A stretch of 6,710 nt of DNA from positions 1-6,710 of the forward strand of contig NW_021829249.1 in the NCBI RefSeq assembly GCF_006345805.1. Reading direction: 5' to 3'. The DNA comes from Octopus sinensis. Taxonomy: Eukaryota. Positions 1 to 5,748 of the stretch are shown here, piece after piece. Under the pieces are notes generated by a model, which had not been told where the DNA came from, searched no databases, and saw nothing but the letters and a program-made list of their open reading frames with translations. Made by a program: the position numbers and the translations under genes. The first letter of the stretch is position 1, and every line of letters begins with the position of its first letter.

Positions 1-60
1 TAGCAAACCTAAAAGAGGCCAAAGTCTAAGAACCATAATTGAAGAGCGTCGGAATATTAC

Positions 61-230
61 GTTCTTTTATTTGTTTCGGTGATTTGACTGCGGCCATGAT
101 GGAGCACCGCCTTGAAGGGTTTTAGTCGAACAAATCGACCATAGGAATTTTTCATTTGTTTAAGCCTAGTACTTGTTCAATCGGTGTCTTTTGCCGAATC
201 GCTAAGTTAGGGGGACGTAGACACACCAAC
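61..230 (-). mobile_element. SINE-like family B, 3' fragment (no tRNA head; runs into a CA tract)
   Basis: Its reverse complement (gttggtgtgtctacgtcccc...ttcaaggcggtgctccatcatggccgcagtcaaatcaccgaaacaaataaaagaac) aligns by eye at roughly 70-75% with 2084-2263 on the + strand. Recognised from memory as a common octopus repeat. Lacks ~35 bp next to the CA tract that the other copy retains. Confidence 0.75.
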
Positions 231-267
231 ACACACACTCACACACACTGTGTATACACACACACAC
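219..267. repeat. Imperfect (CA)n microsatellite
   Basis: gacacaccaacacacacactcacacacactgtgtatacacacacacac seen directly; it lies where family B has its internal GT/CA tract. Confidence 0.9.
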
Positions 268-415
268 GTTCCGAGTTCAAATTCTGTCGAGGTCGACTTT
301 GCCTTTCATTCTTTCGAGGTCGATAATTAAGTACCAGTTGCATACCTGGGGTCGATCTAATCGACTGGCCCCTTCCCCTAAAATTTCGGGCCTTGTGCCT
401 AGAGTAGAAAAGAAT
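266..415 (+). mobile_element. SINE family A, 5'-truncated, tail type 2
   Basis: Starts just before the B-box-like GTTCAAATT, has the shared body gaggtcgactttgcctttcat..tttcg.ggtcgat...ctggggtcgat, and ends ccttgtgcctagagtagaaaagaat, the same tail as 5085-5303. Confidence 0.9.
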
Positions 416-417
416 AT

Positions 418-631
418 AATGGCTTTGAATTTTAGCAGAAGGCCAGCAATCTTAGGAGAGGGCTAAGTCGTTCAAATCTTCTCCAGTGTTCGATTAGTAC
501 ATATGTCATCGATCTCGAAAGAATGAAAGATGAAGACGACGTCGGCTGAATTTGAACTCAGAACGTAAAGACAGACGCAATGCCGCTAAGCATTTTGCTC
601 GGCGTATCAACGATTCTGCCTGCTTGCCGCC
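418..631 (-). mobile_element. SINE family A, full-length but diverged, tail type 3
   Basis: Minus strand reads ggcggcaagcaggcagaatcgttga...gagttcaaattc...gctggccttctgctaaaattcaaagccatt. The head aligns with 6368 onward; the tail matches 5348-5400. Confidence 0.85.
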
Positions 632-684
632 ATTGGTCTCTTTAAAACAAAGTGTAGATACAAAAGTAGCCAAGCTTAGTTCTT

Positions 685-890
685 ATTTCTTTACTGCCCA
701 CAAGGGGCTACACACAGAGGGGACAAACAAGGACAGACAAACGGATTAACTCGATCAGATCGACCCCAGTGCGTAACTGGTACTTATTTAATCGACCTCG
801 AAAGGATGAAAGGCAAAGTCGACCTCGGCGGAATTTGAACTCACAACGTAACGCAGACGAAATACCGCTAAGCATTTCGCCTCGCCGCTT
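685..890 (-). mobile_element. SINE family A, tail type 1, with internal head deletion and 9-bp TSD
   Basis: Body and tail align with 5515-5748 and 6368-6597. Direct repeat ttagttctt at 676-684 and 891-899. About 24 nt of the head, including the A box, are missing at 880/881. Confidence 0.92.
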
Positions 891-899
891 TTAGTTCTT

Positions 900-1050
900 G
901 GTCAGCAAATATATGATCAAAAGTCGTTCAACCGTGACCATCCTGTCTGTTTTTCTCATGTGCTGGGAACCCAAGTCTCTATAATACAACGTGTTCTTTT
1001 CTAAGGCTGCAGGGAAGTGTTTTAAGGGAAATTTGGTTGCTGTTTCTAGC
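900..1050. repeat. Probable old, unclassified interspersed repeat
   Basis: tatgatcaaaagtcgttcaaccgtgaccatcc and agggaaatttggttgctgtttctagc resemble a repeat I recall from octopus DNA. There is no second copy in the window, so this rests on recall only. Confidence 0.35.
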
Positions 1051-1419
1051 TGCTTAACGGCGCGCCCTCCCTCTCTGTTTTCTTGTTCTTTATATATATG
1101 TGTTTTTTTTTAGATATATTTTTGGGTGGGGATTTTCGCAGTGCTTTTGTGAAAGCAGGTGGGTATTTTCTATTTTTCTGCATCTTCCTCCTAAATTGCC
1201 TGCTGACTCATCAAGCGCTCTGATTTTGGGGGTACAGAAGCAAAAGAAAAAAAAATTTTTTTAAATCGAAAAAAAACCCCCCTCAAGAATTAGGTTAGCG
1301 TGAAAAGTTTTCCTAGACGCTACCGTTATTGCGCTAAAAAAAAAAAAATTGGTAGCGCCTGGAAATGGTAACACAGAAAGAATATGACCCAAGCAGTGTT
1401 GTTTAGGATGTCTATTATT

Positions 1420-1770
1420 ATTGTTTATTCTTTTCTTTTTTTTTCATTGTTTACTACTATTTTTACTCTTTTTTTTTTTTAGCTTTTCATCGCATTCTTT
1501 TTTTTTTCTTCCTTCTTTCTTACTTAGACAAGAATCTGATTATTTCTTAATCTACCGCTTGTCAGTTGGTCTGACTGGCTGTCTGGCTTCTCTCTCTCTC
1601 TCTCTCTCTGCTTGTCTGTATATTTTTAGTCTGTCTCTCTAATTCCTTAGAATTTTTTCCTGCTTTGTTTCTCTTCTGTCTGTCTGACTGCTTTTCTGTT
1701 CATTAGTATCTTTCCTGAACTTGCTAATTTCTTCCCTTATTTTATTCTTCACCTTTTATTTCGTTTTATT
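1420..1770. repeat. T/pyrimidine-rich low-complexity tract including (TC)10 at 1589-1608 and degenerate (CTGT)n
   Basis: Multiple T runs of 5-11 nt, tctctc and ctgtctgtct units seen directly. Confidence 0.8.
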
Positions 1771-1842
1771 TATTTTCTATTTGCATCAGCCATCCATCTA
1801 CTCCTTACGACACATTATTATGACTGTGATAGAATATAATAA

Positions 1843-1901
1843 ATATATATATAATATATATATAATATATTATATATATATATATAATATATATATATAT
1901 A
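1843..1901. repeat. Imperfect (TA)n microsatellite
   Basis: Seen directly. Confidence 0.95.
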
Positions 1902-1983
1902 AATTGTTAAGATATTAATATATTTTTTTATATACATCAATGCGATGTTGAACACTCATTTTCATCGTTCCATATTTACGTAA

Positions 1984-2024
1984 ATATATATATATATATA
2001 TATATATTATTATATAATATATAT
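1984..2024. repeat. Imperfect (TA)n microsatellite
   Basis: Seen directly; immediately precedes the GT tract of the family B copy. Confidence 0.95.
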
Positions 2025-2029
2025 GAATT

Positions 2030-2263
2030 TGTGTGTGTTGTGTGTGTGTCTGTGTTTGTCCCCCACCATTGCTTGACAACCCATGCTGGTGTGTTCACGT
2101 CCCCGTAGCTTAGCAGCTCGGTAAAAGTGACCGATAGAATAAATATCATACTTGACAAAAAAAAAAATAGTACTGGGGTCGATTCGTTCGCCTGAAAATA
2201 CTTCAAGGCAGTGCCCCAGCATGGTCGCAGTTTAATGACCGAAACAAACAAAAGACAAAAGAC
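2030..2263 (+). mobile_element. SINE-like family B, 3' fragment
   Basis: GT tract, then tgtgtttgtcccccaccattgcttgacaacc...actggggtcgattcgttcg...cagcatggtcgcagtttaatgaccgaaac and a short tandem tail (aaaagac)x2. Homologous to 61-230 in the opposite orientation. Confidence 0.8.
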
Positions 2264-2331
2264 ACATGTTAGTTTCTAATTTCCTCTCAGCTATTTCATT
2301 CCCCCACCCCCGCTCTCTTTATCATGCTTTC

Positions 2332-2350
2332 CTCTCTCTCTCTCTCTCTC
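2332..2350. repeat. (CT)9 microsatellite
   Basis: Seen directly. Confidence 0.9.
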
Positions 2351-2815
2351 TTCCTCCAGTTTGCTCTCATAAGTATTTCTACCTCTTACTCCTGTTATGA
2401 TCTAATCCAATTCGTTCGTTACCACTTTTATTTTGTCTCTCATTCTCGTCTTTCTGTCCTGTTCCTTCCTTCCTTCCGGCTTATAACAGAATATTTATTA
2501 CTTTTTTATATAATAGAATGTATCTTGAACCGATACAGATTTTTTTTTTCTGTCCGGCTTCTAGACATTCCTCCAATGCACAATCCGTTCATTTACTTTC
2601 AAAAGTTTAGTAAAAGAAAATAACTGTGCGCCAATCAACCGTGAATGTGATCGGTACACTTCGTCCAACATAACATAAACATAACATGTATATATTTTAA
2701 GCATAGACGTATATTAGGGGTGCGAAACGGGTCAGCTGCACGACACTGAATCAGAGCATCACCTTCTGATATTGGCCTTATATCAAAATTACCTCGAAGA
2801 TGGGAGTACTTAAGG

Positions 2816-2950
2816 CAGTGGTTCTCAACCGCGGCCCATATGGCTCTGAGGTGTCCTATATAATTTTGGGGGCCCACACAACAAAATAGTAAATTGAGGA
2901 TCCACGATTCTATTTTCAGGAGCTCTGGAAAACTTTTGCTTTAGATATAC
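2816..2950 (+). mobile_element. Solo terminus of a hAT-like (Charlie/Buster-type) non-autonomous DNA transposon
   Basis: Begins CAGTGGTTCTCAACC, a TIR typical of hAT Charlie/Buster-type MITEs. The preceding 8 bp ACTTAAGG fit the nnnTAnnn Buster target pattern. Subterminal GGCCCA/GGATCCA-like motifs recur. No matching second TIR is found in the window; the right boundary is approximate. Confidence 0.6.
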
Positions 2951-2995
2951 AGTAATTTGGTACGTAAACACTCGACTATCGCGAGTTCCTCATTG

Positions 2996-3058
2996 GTGTG
3001 TGTATTTGCAAGTGTGTATGTGTGTGTTCGTGTGTGTGTGTGTGTGTGTGTGTGTGGT

Positions 3059-3112
<54 letters not shown>

Positions 3113-3113
3113 A
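2996..3113. repeat. Compound (TG)n-(GA)n microsatellite
   Basis: Pure (TG)13 at 3031-3056 followed by a 55-nt all-purine (GA)n tract at 3059-3113. Confidence 0.95.
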
Positions 3114-3148
3114 CAAACACGAAATTACAACAAATTTCTAAATAAAAC

Positions 3149-3381
3149 CTATTTGTTTACTGCCCACAAGGAGCTACACACAGTGGGGACAAACAAGGAC
3201 AGACAAACGGATTAAGACGATTATATCGACCCCAGTGCGTAACTGGTACTTATTTTATCGACCCCAGTGCGTAACTGGTACTTATTTTATCGACCCCGAA
3301 AGGATGAAAGGCAACGTCGACCTCGGCAGAATTTGAACTCAGAAGGTAACGGCAGACGAAATACCGCTAAGCATTTTGCCC
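3149..3381 (-). mobile_element. SINE family A, tail type 1, 5'-truncated, with internal 32-bp duplication
   Basis: Aligns with 5515-5715. Homology stops after gcattttgccc (~3381), so the A box is absent. No TSD found. Confidence 0.92.
3224..3297. repeat. Perfect 32-bp tandem duplication (2.3 units)
   Basis: tatcgaccccagtgcgtaactggtacttattt at 3224-3255 and 3256-3287, then tatcgacccc at 3288-3297. Confidence 0.97.
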
Positions 3382-4022
3382 ACCAACCAGAGCTGATAGC
3401 TGAATGTTTTGTGTGTGTGTGTGGGCACATACACACACCACAGTCTCACTTACAAAGTCAAGCACATACAAATACGCTTGTAAGATATTTACGTAGATAT
3501 GCATACAGAGATACATAGATGCACTCTTGCTAACTACTGCGTATGAAAATATTTATTGTCAGACCAATTATCACAATGAAACAAAACAAAAGGTTTAAAT
3601 TCTTATAAAAGAATCTCCCATAAAACCATTATTAGTTGAGAGGCAAATATATTAAAATATCAAGAAAATGTAAGATACGTTCCGTTGTATATCACTAACA
3701 TCAGTTTCATGCCAAAACGCCATAATTTGGCGGCGGAAATTCTTTCGAAAATATAAAACTTTCACTCATTGTCCAATTAAAATTCATTTATTGTGGTTTC
3801 GACACTTTTGTTAGCTGCTTCGTTTGTATGGCAGCATCGGTGTGCAGAGCAAGTATAACCAAACAATTTTGGTGATTTAAAAGTTATTTTAGTAATGAAA
3901 TTTCTTATCGGTTTAACCAGTGGATCATTAATACTGAAAGCTTGTGTTATTTGATATGTCATATATACTATCTTGTCAATCTGTCTGTGCATCTGTTGAT
4001 GTGTGGGTGCTTATTTACTTAT

Positions 4023-4323
4023 GTCTGTTCCTTCTCGAGCCACGCCTGGCTCATAAGGGCCAGTTTCCCGGTTTCCTTGGCATATAGGTTCCCCACCTAG
4101 ACGGGACGCCGGTCCGTTGCAGGTGAGCTGCAAGATGCAGGAGGAAAGAGTGGGAGAAATTTGTGGCGAAAGAGTCAGCAGAAGTTCGCCATTACCTTCT
4201 GCCGGAGCCGCGTGGAGCTTAGGTGTTTCGCTCATAAACACAAATATCGCCCGGTCTGAGATTCGAACCCGCGATCCCTCGACCGCGAGTACGCTGCTCT
4301 AACCACTAGGCCATGTGCCTCCA
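4023..4323 (-). mobile_element. Full-length tRNA-derived SINE (family C) with perfect 13-bp TSD
   Basis: Minus strand starts tggaggcacaTGGCCTAGTGGttagagcagcgtactcgcggtcgagggatcgcgGGTTCGAATCtc (A box and B box). TSD cttatttacttat at 4010-4022 and 4324-4336. Confidence 0.93.
4260..4313 (-). promoter_or_regulatory. Type 2 Pol III internal promoter of SINE family C
   Basis: A box TGGCCTAGTGG (4313-4303) and B box GGTTCGAATC (4269-4260) match tRNA consensus with tRNA-like spacing. Confidence 0.8.
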
Positions 4324-4526
4324 CTTATTTACTTATAATTTTTTTTGAACGGTGTACCTCGAAGCAAATACAGCTATGAATAAAAGGGCGGTCTTTAACT
4401 TTTTTTATCTAAAGTTTTTTTGTTTACTTAATAGCTACACGGTATTATATGTAGCTTTATCTGCTTCGACATACGTCGTTCCAAAACAGAATTATTTCAC
4501 ATTCTCTCGAAATTATAAATTCTTGT

Positions 4527-4560
4527 CACACACACACACATCGCGCACACATGCACACAC
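4527..4560. repeat. Imperfect (CA)n microsatellite
   Basis: (CA)7 at 4527-4540 plus a degenerate extension. Confidence 0.85.
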
Positions 4561-5084
4561 GTGTCTCTATGAGTAGTATAAGATGTGGAGACAGAGAATG
4601 GTGAGGCTATCAGTTCACACTATCTTACGGAGTCGGCTATGAGTTCACAAATCATCAATTACTAAGAAGTGTAATGTAGAGTTACATTGTAACTGAAAAT
4701 CTAAGAGATCCGACTGATGAAATTATTTCATGAGAGGTACATAAAATCAAGAAATAGGGAGTTATGAGAGGTGAATATATATATTTATTTAATCACGTGA
4801 TTAAAAAAAAGTCATGATTAAAAAATGGGCAGTACCCATGGCCTTTTCAGGCCCTCTTTGCCCGGTCAAATTCATACCCTTAATGCTTCTATTTGAACGT
4901 TTCCTTAAACAATATCTGCAACAAAGACATGATCAGGGAAGGAATATTCCAGAGGAAGAATTAGGTGTAGTGCTGAATGTACTGCTTGGAGGGTGGACAT
5001 AGCAAGGTTGACGAAAAGAGAAAAGACAAGTAAGGCGGGAATAAAAGTTATTGCTGACATTAAAAGCAAATCTGAGCAGTAGAA

Positions 5085-5303
5085 GGCGGTCAGCTGGTAG
5101 AGACGTTAGCACGCCGGGCGAAGTGCATAGCAGTATTTCGTCTGTCTTTACGTTCTGAATTCAAATTCCGTCGAGGTCAACTTTGCCTTTCATACTTTCA
5201 GGGTCGGTAAATTAAGTAGCAGTTGAGTACTGGGGTCGATCTAGTCGACTCGCCCCCTCCCCACAAAATTTCGGACCTTGTGCCTAGTGTAGTAAAGAAT
5301 ATT
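5085..5303 (+). mobile_element. SINE family A, full-length, tail type 2
   Basis: Head ggcggtcagctggtagagacgttagcacgccgggcgaa aligns with 6368 onward; tail ccttgtgcctagtgtagtaaagaat matches 266-415. No convincing TSD. Confidence 0.92.
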
Positions 5304-5347
5304 AACACAAAGGACGCCATTTCATATTGGATTCAATTATATGATAA

Positions 5348-5748
5348 ATTGGATTAAAATTTTGGTATCAGGTCAGCAATTTTGGCGGAAGGGGCAAGTC
5401 GATTACATCGACTCCAGTGTTCACCTGGTACTTTATTTATCGACCCTGAAAGGATAAAAGACAAAGTTGACCTCGGCGGAATTTGAACTCAGAACGTAAT
5501 GACGGACTAAATACCTATTTCTTTACTACCCACAAGGGGCTAAACACAGAGAGGACAAATAAGGACAGACAAATGGATTAAGTCGATTATATCGACCCCA
5601 GTGCGTAACTGGTACTTATTTAATCGACTCCGAAAGGATGAAAGGCAAAGTCGACCTCGGCGGAATTTGAACATACAACGTAACGGCAGACGAAATACCG
5701 ATAAGCATTTTGCCCGGCATGCTAACGTTTCTGCCAGGCTCGCTGCCC
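5348..5748 (-). mobile_element. Head-to-tail dimeric SINE family A: full monomer with tail 1 (5748-5515) fused to a 5'-truncated monomer with tail 3 (5514-5348)
   Basis: Junction on the minus strand is ...gtaaagaaatag|gtatttagtccgtc.... Flanked by the direct repeats attcaattatatgataa (5331-5347) and attcaattgtataataa (5750-5766), 15/17 identical. Confidence 0.9.

Noticed and set aside
552-749. 65-aa ORF (and the similar ORFs at 3000-3215, 3267-3518, 5540-5755, 5616-5813)
   Set aside because: They are read through family A SINE sequence; the shared peptides (FTAHK...GTNKDRQTD) come from the repeat, not from a protein family.
1290-1299. ttaggttag, telomere-like
   Set aside because: Fewer than two full TTAGG units; not significant.
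1421-2623. Hydrophobic F/L/Y/I-rich ORFs (1421-1642, 1721-1918, 1976-2251, 2010-2222, 2324-2623)
   Set aside because: Translations of T-rich low-complexity DNA, TA/TC microsatellites and a family B fragment; T-rich DNA lacks stop codons by composition.
2635-3145. ORFs 2635-2877 and 2957-3145
   Set aside because: The first spans the hAT-like terminus and shows no recognisable domain; the second is the (TG)n(GA)n tract (VCVC/ERER).
3224-3297. Repeat of ~32 bp and dispersed palindromic gtcgat/atcgac repeats as a CRISPR array
   Set aside because: Units are directly adjacent with no unique spacers, and all lie within SINE copies in a eukaryotic sequence.
3711-3750. cgcca-taatt-tggcg inverted repeat and an E2F-like TTTGGCGG
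   Set aside because: Arms of 5 bp and a single 8-mer are expected by chance.
4011-4302. ORFs 4011-4241 and 4117-4302
   Set aside because: Both lie essentially within the TSD-flanked family C SINE.
4248-4322. tRNA-like sequence on the minus strand
   Set aside because: A and B boxes are present but acceptor and anticodon stems do not pair properly, and it continues into a SINE body with TSDs; it is a SINE head, not a tRNA gene.
4840-4853. GGCCTTTTCAGGCC, resembling the histone mRNA 3' stem-loop
   Set aside because: The stem is 5 bp rather than the required 6 bp, the canonical flanks and purine-rich downstream element are missing, and there is no histone CDS upstream.
4814-5002. 62-aa ORF and a possible + strand exon (acceptor at 4850, donor at 5030)
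   Set aside because: No recognisable domain, and all three frames between those splice-like sites contain stop codons.
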